DNA of 63,953 bases, filler included, from Vannella sp. (Eukaryota), in NCBI GenBank assembly GCA_023345925.1. It is 7 parts of 7 records of this genome, joined end to end, with 100 filler letters (N's around TTAATTAATTAA, not from the genome) between each part and the next. Parts side by side here need not be neighbours in the genome. Positions count along the whole stretch, not along the records: positions 1 to 8,270 come from JAJQQN010001193.1; positions 8,371 to 23,709 come from JAJQQN010001271.1; 5 more parts are not named here. The stretch is one strand, 5' to 3'. Both the position numbers and the translations under genes were made by a program. The notes beneath the pieces were generated by a model, which saw only the letters and a program-made list of their open reading frames with translations, was not told the DNA's origin and ran no database searches. Within the stretch, counting starts at the first letter, position 1, and each line of letters starts with the position of its first letter. This document shows positions 1 to 12,449 of this stretch, one piece after another.

Positions 1-240
1 CCAAGCGCCCGTCCGAGTGCGGATGCCATTTGTGAGCAACTTCACGCCAGATCAGCCCCCGTTGCCGTTGGTTTCTCCCAGACTCCCCAGCCTGATGTAT
101 CCGATGTCACTCAAGTTCTCACCAACACAGACATGTCCACGCTTCCTGCCTCCATCGAAGAAGGAATTGAGGAAGAAGGAATCTCCATCGAGGAAGAGGT
201 AATCTCTCTATCAAACCCTCAAGCCAGCTCCTCTAAATAG
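1..240 (+). CDS. 3' end of a probable protein kinase (TKL-like subdomain XI plus acidic tail), truncated by window start
   Basis: Frame 1 is open from base 1 to TAG at 238-240: PSARPSADAICEQL...IEEGIEEEGISIEEE...SSK*. P..RPs...I...L matches the kinase subdomain XI end. Confidence 0.55.
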   Translation, partial: PSARPSADAICEQLHARSAPVAVGFSQTPQPDVSDVTQVLTNTDMSTLPASIEEGIEEEGISIEEEVISLSNPQASSSK

Positions 241-340
241 CTTCGTATTACATGTCGGGAAGAGGTTCCCAAACTCCTGTTGGCGTAGAGTGTCCCGATG
301 GCCTCTATCTCTTCGCCTGGTCAAAGAGCCATTCATTGGA

Positions 341-1408
341 ATGCCCTTTGGGGAGCACACGCTCGTCCTCTCCCTCGAAGGGGACCTTCTCGCTTTTGGG
401 TACAACAAACAGAGCCAACTGGGCCTTGGTCACAAGAACAAGCAATGGAAACCCGTGAAGGTTCCCTGGAATGGCCCGCAGCCGGTTCAGGTGGATTGGG
501 GACAGCACCACTCCCTCGTCCGTGATGTGGAGGGCGGTGTGTGGGAGGCTGGTTACTCCCGATCTTCTTTCGCTGCTCACAACTTTCAGATAGTACTGGG
601 TCTTCCTTGTATCGCGTTTGTGGCTGCTGGCTTTAGTCACAGCGCCGCCATCGATACCGAAGGCGGCCTTTGGGTGTGGTCACGAAAAGAAGTTCTCTCT
701 TGGGTTTGTTCTTTGCCTCAACGAGTGGAAGGTCTCCCTCCACTCCTCAAGGTGGCTTGTGGCGACAAGTTCCTCGTGGCAGAGGCGGAAGAAGGCTTCT
801 GGGTGTTGGGTGAGAACTCCCCCAGGCAACTGGGCCTCGGCCACGCCTGGAGAAGTACTCTTCAACCAACCCTTTTCCAGGTCGAAGGCTGTTCTGAAGG
901 ACCTCTTCGATGCTTGGCTGCCCTCTCCGACGGAGTGATCCTCATCGACTGGGAAGGAGGGGTCTTCTCCTCTGGGCACAACTCCCTTGGCCAACTGGGG
1001 CACTCTGACTCTCCTGAGGACTTTAGGAAGCTTCAACAAATCAGCAACATCCCTCCCATGCTTGCTGCCTCCTGTGGATGGGCTCACACTCTCTGTCTGG
1101 ATGAGAATGGCGGCGCCTGGACCTGGGGATTGGGTGGATGTGGGCAAATAGGGAATGGAGACACCTTCTTTAAGCCCCAGCCCACTCTGGTGCCTTCGTT
1201 GAATGGCATGAGCGCCCTGGTTGCGGGAAGGTCCCATTCTTTGGCGTTCCCACAGGAAGGCGGCCTGCTGGTCTTCGGATCCAACAATTCTGGAGAACTC
1301 GGACTCGACCACACGACCTATCAATCCACTCCCACTCTTTGCCCTGTACAGCCCTCTCCCCCTCATTCGTTCACCCAAAGCAGAAAGAAGAGTGCCCGCT
1401 CCGCTTAA
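341..1408 (+). CDS. RCC1/BLIP-II-like repeat beta-propeller protein, copy 1
   Basis: About 7 RCC1 repeats (G..HtL.L...G....G.N..GQLG.G). First in-frame ATG at 341 (MPFGEHTL), preceded by TCATT. Ends KKSARSA*. No intron in the body. Confidence 0.9.
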   Translation: MPFGEHTLVLSLEGDLLAFGYNKQSQLGLGHKNKQWKPVKVPWNGPQPVQVDWGQHHSLVRDVEGGVWEAGYSRSSFAAHNFQIVLGLPCIAFVAAGFSHSAAIDTEGGLWVWSRKEVLSWVCSLPQRVEGLPPLLKVACGDKFLVAEAEEGFWVLGENSPRQLGLGHAWRSTLQPTLFQVEGCSEGPLRCLAALSDGVILIDWEGGVFSSGHNSLGQLGHSDSPEDFRKLQQISNIPPMLAASCGWAHTLCLDENGGAWTWGLGGCGQIGNGDTFFKPQPTLVPSLNGMSALVAGRSHSLAFPQEGGLLVFGSNNSGELGLDHTTYQSTPTLCPVQPSPPHSFTQSRKKSARSA

Positions 1409-1576
1409 CGCACTTTCGCATCTTCGAAGTGGACAAGTCGCCATTCCACCTGCTCGGAATACTCCCTCTAATTGGAGATAAACGTGTCGGAGGCAGAAAG
1501 AGGAGCTCCATCAACTCTCAATCCACCATCTTAACAGCTTCTTGTAGTGTCAAGTTGTTTAGGAGGGTGCAGATGG

Positions 1577-4229
<2,653 letters not shown>

Positions 4230-4310
4230 CGAGCCAAGGGGAAATGCCTCCAAAGCAACCAAATTGTTAATAATAATTATTTTGGAGTTTGGAAGGCCAA
4301 GGCGAGCATT

Positions 4311-7300
4311 TTAATCAAAGTAAAGGGTCGGGCTCATGGGCGTGGCGGAGACCTTTTGAGAGCCGTCTTCGTCGATGATGCGAAGAGGGAGCTCCAAAGA
4401 CTCTTCAAGGAAGGTCTTGTTCTCAATGAGGAAGGCCTTCTCATCGAAGGTGCTGTCCAGGCTGAGAGCACTCTTGCCGCGGAGTTCTACTTGCTCCTGC
4501 TATGGGGTTAGAAGAGGGAGAAAGGAACGAGAGTGTTCATACCGCAGTGGTCTTAATGAGAGGCACAGCCAACTTCATGGCCTTCTTCAGGACATTGTCG
4601 GACTTGAGCAAGTCCATGGCCTTCTTCGTGTCGATGACGCCGTTGTTCTCGTCGTACAACTTCTCCATCAGTTGCACAGTCTTCACATGCCACTCAGGGT
4701 AGCCAGTAGCCACATAGACAATGCCGCTGGTGACCGCCTTGCGGGTCTTGGTGGAGAGAACCTTCTTAATGAAGTCCTCACGCACTTGAGTGATGAAAGA
4801 CTCTTGCTGCAAGAGCAACTCATCAATGGGTCCCACGGCAGGGAATGCAGCATGGACAATGAAGCCGTCACGGCCCAGAAGAGTCCAAAGCTGTTCTGCC
4901 CAGTGAGGAGCTAAAGGCGTCATGAGGAGTGCTTGGACCTCAATGAAGCGCTCAATAAGCTTGCGGCTCATGTTGTTAGCTCCAATGCGAAGGCGATACG
5001 CATCACGAGCTGTGCGGAGCTCGTAGAAGCATTGGACAAGGGCCTCGCGGAAGCACAGGCGGGAGTAAGCGTCATCTGTCTTTTGAATGATCAAGTTGAT
5101 GGCACTGTTGAAGGTGCGATCGATGGCAGAGGACTCTGGGTCTCGCTGTTGCAGGGAATCACCCTCGAGAGTCTCCTTGGCCCATTGGTAGCCGGCGTAC
5201 AAGTCCAAGACAGCCTTGTTGGCGTTATCAGAAGAGAAGTTGGCGTCAGAGTTGCCATCTCCTGCGTGGGCTAAGGCAACACGAGAGGCGTCAGCACCAA
5301 AGAGGGCGCAAGAGTCCGTCACAGTAAGGAAGTTTCCTGTGCTCTTCGACATCTTCTGTTTGTTCAAGAGCAAGTGACCGTTCCCGCGGATGGCAAGAGG
5401 CCACTTGGATTCGTCTTCGTCCCAGATAGCGACGTGATTGTACAGAGCAAAGGTCAGGTGGTTTGGCACCAAGTCCTTGCCCGACACTCGAATGTCCAGA
5501 GGATACCAGTACTCAAACTCACGACGGAGCTTGGCCAGAGTCTCCTCAGCAATGCCGCAGTCTTGAGGATAAGCCTTCTTGAGGAAGATGTAGTCAAACA
5601 CCTCTGGTGTCAACTGATCAGCGAGAATGCCAGAGGGGCCGACCTGAGAGCCATCATAGACACCACCCTGGAGCAAGTGAGAGATAGTGTACAAGGCCAT
5701 GTAGATCGTGGAGTCTGAGAGGGACTCGATCAAGAACTGCTGGTCCCAAGGCAAGCGCGAACCCAATCCGTAGGTGCGAGAGCAAGCCCATTGCTTCAGC
5801 CATCCCAAAGTGTGTTCGAATTGGTTGCGGATCTCGTCAGAGAAGGTTTCCATCTTGGCTAGTGCCTTCTCCGCCTTTGCGCGCCACTCTTCCTCTCCGT
5901 AAGTGAAGAACCATTGCTCTGTAAGAGCCACCACGCAGACATCCCTTGAGCGGGAGATCACCTCGCTCTCAGGCTCAGCGTACTTGACGGCATGGCCAGC
6001 AGCGATCAGCTGCTCCTTGATCTTGTCCTTGACGTCAGAGACCTTCTCTCCCTTCCAGTCTCCCACCAGCAACTTGGAGTCGTAGAATCCGAGCTTATAG
6101 CACTCCTCCTTGGCTGCCAGAAGCTTCTCCTTGTCGTTTTGGCTGACAATCTTCATCTCGTCAGAGATGGCAACAGCAGTAAGGTTCCCCCTGCTTGTCT
6201 CCAGGATGGGAACGGGGGCAAATGGAAGTACCCACTCATCCTTCAAGTTGTACTTGGCTCTCAAGGCCTCCTTCGCTTGAAGGTCACGCAGAGCGGCAAG
6301 ATCATCGGGCGAGTCGCTGGGCACTGAGGTGACCACTCCAGTTCCCTTCTTCATCGAGATCGTGAGCATAGGGAGTGCGTAAACGTACTCGCGGCAAGAG
6401 AGAGGGGCCTTCAGGCGAGTTCCCAAAAGATCAGCGCCTTCCACTTCCAAGAGCTTGGTGACTTCGCGGTGCTTCAAAGAGAGTGCTTGATAGGCACAGT
6501 TACGCGCTGCTTGCTCTGACATGATAAAGACCTCGTCCTCAGTGATCTGGAAGGCACCATACTGGCCAGTGGGAAGCAGCCAGCAGTTTGTCTGGCCATA
6601 CATCGTCTCTGGACGCAGAGTAGCAGCCACAAGGAAAACCCGTTTGCCTTCCAGCGCTTGAAGCTTCTCAGGGAAAGGTGCAGTGACTTCCATCTTGACC
6701 AAAGTGTACTCCTGAGGGAGGACATTCTCCCCTGAATCACGATCGTGGGCCATGCAAGGCTGGTTGTCGAGGGGAGAGAAGACCGTGTAGCGCTTGCCAA
6801 AGTCGATCTTCTTCTTCTCCTTCAAACGGAGGAATTGCCAGATAACGAAGCGATCGTAGTAGGGGTTGGCTGGCGTCGTGTAGAACGAGCGACGCCAGTC
6901 GACACCGACACCAATCGCCTTCATATCAGCCTTGCACATGGGAGGGAAGTACTCCAGCCAGTAGTTGGCATCCGTAAACTTGACAATCTCCTCATCAGCC
7001 AAGTCAATGGACCTCATGATGTCCCACTGGAGCTTGGATGGTCCCTCCTTTGCCGCTGCTTTGGACTATGGAGGGTAAGCGGGCCACCTGACAACAAAGG
7101 GGGATGGAACGAACCTTTTTGGAGTGGAACTCGGTCTTGGTCGCGTCCTTCTTCTTGGAGGCAGCAGGGGCCGCCTTCTTGACAGGCTCCATAGCTGCAA
7201 TTAGCTCCTTCTTGATCTCCTCTTTCATCTTCACCAGCTCCTCAGCAGAAGGGCGAGGAGGACCGCCTGGCCCAAACTCCTCAAACTCTCGCTTCAAGCG

Positions 7301-7732
7301 ATCAGCGCATGCCTAAACAGCGCAAAGTGTTAGATCACGGACCAGAGATACCACTGTAGCCAGTGCCTCCCTACCTTGATGGGCATGCCGGTAACGTGGA
7401 AAGAGAAGGGGAAGATGGCTGTCTTGCCCTTCATACGTTGATAGTACACAGAGAAATCAGCTTTGCTGACAGTGAACAAGTGTCCCAAGTGAAGACGCCC
7501 GTTCATGTACGGATAGGGGAAGGTGGCGAGGTACTTTGGCTTTGTAAGGTCCTCAGGTGCATCAAACTCAAAGGCCCTAGCTGCTTCCCATCTAGCTTGC
7601 TGGAACTTCTCGTTCTGCTGAAGTGCCTCTCGCCGTGAGGTGTTTTGGATCTGCTCCTCCTGCGCCCTTGTCAGCTCAGCTCTCCTCCTTCCCGCCCCAA
7701 CGCACCAGGATCTCTCGTAGGATGTTCGTCAT
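4311..7732 (-). CDS. LARS: Cytosolic leucyl-tRNA synthetase, multi-exon
   Basis: [15 protein letters not shown] (HIGH motif), KMSKS, editing domain [35 protein letters not shown]. Confidence 0.96.
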
Positions 7733-8038
7733 TCGTTTGCGAGGTGTTTCAGGAAAACTGGAAAAGGGCGCCTTCCTGGGCGGGGGAACAAACAAAGTGG
7801 AAGAGAAAGAGAAAGGGGGAAAGTCCCTCCCAACTCTCGTCCCATAACCCAGTACAGGCCGGCTCCACCAACCAGAGTGCAGTCCTATCCGAGTACCTTC
7901 TCGGAGGGATCTTTGCATCATTTGTGAATGGAGTTGAAGAGGAAGTCCCGTAGACCCGCTATGAGCCAAAGGGGACGAGGGAATGGCGCGAAAAGCAAAC
8001 AAAGAAGGCTTTATCTACCGCCAAGGGACCCGGAAGGT

Positions 8039-8270
8039 TTAGATGGTTTGGTATTCCTGTCTACGCTTCCAGAGGACGTATCCACCACCTCCAGCAGCGA
8101 GCACAAGGAGGGTGATCAGGAAGAGGATGAAGATCGTGAGGAAGAACTTGCCCCAGCCGGTCATTCCTTCATCATCGTCAACAGAGTAGGAAGGATCAAC
8201 ACCATTCTCCTCGGCTGCACCAGAACCACCAGTCTCATACAGCAGGACATCGACAGTGCCCTCATAGTAC
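8039..8270 (-). CDS. 3' fragment of a type I membrane protein with C-terminal YQTI sorting motif
   Basis: Minus-strand frame: ...GMTGWGKFFLTIFILFLITLLVLAAGGGGYVLWKRRQEYQTI*. The 5' end is cut by the spacer. Confidence 0.7.
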
Positions 8271-8370
8271 NNNNNNNNNNNNNNNNNNNNNNNNNNNNNN
8301 NNNNNNNNNNNNNNTTAATTAATTAANNNNNNNNNNNNNNNNNNNNNNNNNNNNNNNNNNNNNNNNNNNN
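8271..8370. other. Artificial contig spacer (N44-TTAATTAATTAA-N44)
   Basis: Exactly 100 nt. The 12-mer places stop codons in all six frames. Confidence 0.98.
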
Positions 8371-8399
8371 GCCGAAAGAAGAGCGCCCGCTTCCTTTGA
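8371..8399 (+). CDS. C-terminal remnant of a third RCC1-family copy at the contig edge
   Basis: cga aag aag agc gcc cgc ttc ctt tga = RKKSARFL*, matching the end of copy 2 (aag aag agt gcc cgc ttc ctt tga). Confidence 0.7.
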
Positions 8400-9101
8400 T
8401 GACTCATTCCTGGATGGAGTGGTTAAGACAGAAAAGAGAATGGAGGCATCAAGTGACTAAAGGGGAATTGCATTCCGACTCTACTTGGACCAGCATGGCC
8501 AAGAAAAGCTTCAGGAACAACGTCAAAAAAGGCCTGAAACATTCCTTCGTTCCTGATGAGGCTGTCCTCCATCACCGAACAACAGTTTGCAGATGCTTCG
8601 TTACCGGGTGGGCAGTGGAAATCCACAAGGAGCAAAGTCACGAGAGGCCGAGGCAAGGCTTTTCGGTTCCTGACCCAAAAAATCGGATGTCTATCTCAAC
8701 TCGTTTCGGTGGAGCTTCTCCACTTCACCTCGAAAGCTCAAATACTAGGGCATTTCCCCTTGTTGGGTCCTCATCCCCTTTCCAAGGTAAGTCAGTTGTT
8801 CGTCAGGTACTCGGTCAAAGAGCCCTCTCCTCCGTGACACTGATTCAGGGGATCTGGGCTCACAACAGGGCAGGGCCATCGTGAAAACGAGTGACATCGT
8901 CCGAACAGCGGAGGATAAGCTGCACTTATCCTCTCTAAAGAGAGAGTTGGTTGAGGCACCTTTTGGGCTCATTTGACCATTCCTCCAAACGATGGGTAAA
9001 GGAGTTGAACCTGAGAAACGGGTAATGGAATGGAGAGAGATGAGGGAGAATCCAAGAGAAGTGAAATTCTTCATTTCTGTGCCAAGCGGGTGAAGGGAGG
9101 G

Positions 9102-10076
9102 ATGCGCAGAAACGTCGCTTCCCGAAAGGAGGCTGAGCGGCGGAACAGAGAGATAGAGATGGAGATAGCTAGTGAGAGGGAGTTCCTCGACGAACTCTTG
9201 CTTGGAGATAGTCGGGCGATGAGCACCTTTGTCAAGCACTTGAAGTTCATCCACGTTGGCTTTGGCAAAGAGGGGCGCACTGCATTCCTCCCCATTCTGT
9301 TCCACAACGCAGTGAATAGCATCCAGAGCCTCATTACTGAAGCTGAGAAGGCTGGACAGACTCTCAAAGATGCCGTCTCTCGCAACGCACTAATGAGCGT
9401 TGACCTCTCCAGAGCCCCCTCTTTAGGTGTTCACGACGAGCTGGCCAAAGCTATAGACTCCATTTGGAAAGAACCCGCCATTCAAACAGCCTCTGGGGAC
9501 TCTAGAGAGTTCCAAAGGGACAACACTCCACAGTATATTCTTTCCCTTTGCTCGTCGTATGCTGCTTTGGATTACATTCCTGATGATGTAGATTTACTTT
9601 GCTGTTACGTCAAGTCTACTGCTGTCGAGGAGATCTTAATTGAAGAAAACGGAACGCATCACAGAGTCATTGGAATGGAAGGCAAGCATTACACGAAGAT
9701 GAGGTGGATTCATCTGTTTCATCATGTTCACAGTATCATATTCTGTGTTGCAGTGGGTATGGATGACCTGTCTACGAATCTTGACGACGGAGGAACCGAG
9801 AGACTCCAAGCATCTTTACGGGAGATTAGTGAGTTGGCCAACTTGGAGTATTTCAGTCGCACCCCTATCCTCCTCGTCTTCATCATTCATGACTCGAATG
9901 GAGAAGAAGGGTCTACCATCGGGAGAGATGGCATCTCAAAGAAGTTCCTGGATGTCTGTCACAACGACCATCGCCCAGTTCTCCCCTTTTGGATGAATTT
10001 CATGGACACTGCGTTAGTCCGCACTGTTTGGAAGCAGATAACCAATCTTCAATCGCCTGAATGCCTAGCAGCCTGA
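9102..10076 (+). CDS. Degenerate heterotrimeric G-protein alpha-like protein (putative pseudo-GTPase); start uncertain (ATG 8992 with an intron, 9030 or 9102)
   Basis: Galpha landmarks occur in order: EAERRNREIE helix, LLLG..STFVKHLKFIH, IDSIWKEPAIQ, YIPDDVDLL, RWIHLFHHVHSIIFCVA, RLQASL, YFSRTPILLVF, DTALVRTVW. The G1-G5 boxes are altered. Confidence 0.82.
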   Translation: MRRNVASRKEAERRNREIEMEIASEREFLDELLLGDSRAMSTFVKHLKFIHVGFGKEGRTAFLPILFHNAVNSIQSLITEAEKAGQTLKDAVSRNALMSVDLSRAPSLGVHDELAKAIDSIWKEPAIQTASGDSREFQRDNTPQYILSLCSSYAALDYIPDDVDLLCCYVKSTAVEEILIEENGTHHRVIGMEGKHYTKMRWIHLFHHVHSIIFCVAVGMDDLSTNLDDGGTERLQASLREISELANLEYFSRTPILLVFIIHDSNGEEGSTIGRDGISKKFLDVCHNDHRPVLPFWMNFMDTALVRTVWKQITNLQSPECLAA

Positions 10077-10338
10077 GAAAGGGCCCGTCTCAAGAAGATC
10101 GCCACATTTTCAAAAAACTGATTTCCTACTGCTGAGTTATCGTAGATAGATGCCCCAGAAAGAATTCCCTTGAAACTCAGTGAGACACCATGACAAGAAA
10201 AACTCGGTGCAACGGGGACGCAATCAGCGTTGGCTCTTGCGAATTAGGGTTTAGTGACTGAACCCTACCGGTTCAGCCTTTGGACTTGTCATATTCTGGA
10301 TGAAGATTTATATTTTAGATGAACATTTACTTGTTTTG

Positions 10339-12223
10339 ATGCCTCCAAGACCAGGCACGAAGAGCGGGCTGATCCCGCCGGTCGTTCAGGAAGAATGGGA
10401 CGGTGGGAAGAGGCTGGAGAACCTCTTTGATGGTGAGATAGACGCTATAGATGTTGTGAGAGGGAGTGGCTCATCCTTGCGAGGCTAGACAGCAACATCC
10501 TGCCTCCACCTCCAGGGAGCGTCACCGTGGGGGAGCTTAACGGGAGGATCATCAACCAATCCTCTATGGAAGACCTTCAACAATGGGGTGCGCATAACCT
10601 CGATATCATGAAGCTCTTGCTGGTGGAGCCCAGCTCGTCGGTCTTGCCGAGTAGCCGTTCTCTCTTGTTGCAGAGCTCTTCTATCGCCAGCAAGTTCAGA
10701 ATACTGCTCCAACCAACAACACCAACACCAGCGGAAGAGACTGTTGCCAGCAAAGAGCCTATCAAAGAGTACGGATCATCCTCCTCCCTTTGGTCCCTTC
10801 TTACTGTCCACTCAGGGGCAGAGGACTCTATTCCTCTGTTCGACGATGGTTCCTTTGGTCTCTGTATCAAGTAGGCATCAACCCCTTTCGCCCTAACGAA
10901 GCGTATCCGCTCCCTTTAGCCGTATCATCTCTTCCCGATGCGCCGATCCGTTGTTTAGCGTGCCATCCACATCTTCAGCGTCTTGCTGTTGCTCTTTCTG
11001 ATGATACTGTGCATGTCTATCAACTGTCAGGTGACAGCTGGACGGAAATCCTCGTGCTGGTCCACCAGTTCCAGGAGAAGGTCCAATCGTTGGCCTGGAA
11101 ACCGATGAGTGGCTCCACCTTGGCTGTAGGCTGCCAAACCGGTGTTCTCTTATGGGAGGGAGACTGGATGACCCGCTATTTGACTTGCCCTGAGCTTGGA
11201 AACATCTCTTCTCTTCAATGGGCTCCAAATGAGTCTCTCCTTGCAGTGGGCTGCCCACATAGCGCTCCAGTGATATGGGATGTATCAACGAGCATCCCGA
11301 CTCGTCTTCATGCAACTGTCTCCTCCTCATCCTCTTATCTTGTGCGCTGGTCTCCCAACGGACATTATGTGTTCCAGGCCTCTCTGTGAGTTTCACACCA
11401 TTCCAGCGCTGGCAAGAGCTGACAGGGCTCAGAGGGGGATCTTTTATTATTTGGGAGACAATCTCTTGGAGCAGTGAGCGCTGGGAAGTTCCAGATGGGC
11501 GCCATGTCAGTGTGAGTTCAAGTGGGTTTATGAAAGTGACTTCTGAAACCAATTGTGCGCTAGGCTGCTTGCTGGAGTGCAGATAGTCACTATTTGGCGT
11601 ACGCTCTGGATGGAGACAGTGAATTTACATGTCTTGTGTTCGACCACGTTGTGCCCCGTATTGAAGCGCGATTCTACCAAAGATTCCCGTTGGCTTCCTA
11701 TAAGATTCAGACCAGCAACATAGGGGAGAGGGATGAGACTGAGCGGTAAGTTCTTATCGCCAGAAGCAAACGTCCTGATAACCCGCCGGTAGATTGTGTG
11801 GAAGGATTGGCCAACTGGAATGGGACCGCCTCGGAGAGCGCTTTGTGGTAAGCTTTATCAGCCATCTAAGCCAGAACACGCTTTTGGCGCTCTTTTCCAC
11901 CACCCTCGCTCCTCAGTTGGAGTTCCAGCTTCTGTAAGTTACAGGGAATTATCATTATCTGAGGGTGTTCTAACAGGTGTGCTATTCAAAAGGGGATTCT
12001 TGCGGGTCCCAATGGACTGTTCGATGGAGAAGAATGTTCGAGTCCAATTTTGCTCTCTTTCGAAAGGATCAATGGTGCTTGTGGTAGGCTCTTCATTCTC
12101 TCACGACTGAAGTTACTAATTCAGCCCTATTAGAGCGCTGGTGATGTCATCAGCTCAATGTCTTTGACTTACAAGAGCCGCTCAGTTGCCCCACAAACTA
12201 GACGCACACTATTTGCCAAGTAA
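10339..12223 (+). CDS. AAAS: Aladin (AAAS)-like WD40 nucleoporin, multi-exon
   Basis: N-terminal LPPPPGSVTVGELNG; LAWKPMSGSTLAVGCQTGVLLW; WSPNGHYVF; IWETISWSSERW. All resemble aladin motifs. Last exon ends TAA at 12221-12223. Confidence 0.8.
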
Positions 12224-12449
12224 AGGAAAGATGATCATCCGGCAGGAAAGTGGGATTCCGGACAGATGGGAAATGAGAAAGCAAAAGTTGTAAGAACTAA
12301 AACGCCCAACTGTGGTTTGTCACCTAAGGGAGTCGAAAGGCCAACAGAGAATGCACTCTCAGACTGAAGCTCTTCGCTCTGTGAGGATCTCAGGGGGTGA
12401 TGGCAGAGACAAGAGAAAAGCCTATTTATGAGCTTTTGGGTAATCTAGC

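Noticed and set aside
252..340. Possible short 5' exon plus ~42-nt intron for the RCC1 genes (ATG 252, MSGRG..., histone H4-like start; ATG 21089 in copy 2)
   Set aside because: The putative first exons are unrelated between copies, and a 1-nt indel before the shared ATG breaks frame equivalence. The TCATT motif directly before ATG 341/21172 favours those starts. Not excluded without RNA data.
680..1444. Long antisense ORFs over the RCC1 genes (also 21163-22056) and over LeuRS, SND1 and Hsp90
   Set aside because: Shadow ORFs caused by codon bias of the sense genes, with no recognisable protein features.
8315..8326. TTAATTAATTAA repeated six times in the window as a possible biological repeat or recombination site
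   Set aside because: It is always centred in exactly 100 nt of N padding and gives stops in all six frames, so it is an artificial contig linker. Gene adjacency across it is not evidence of clustering.
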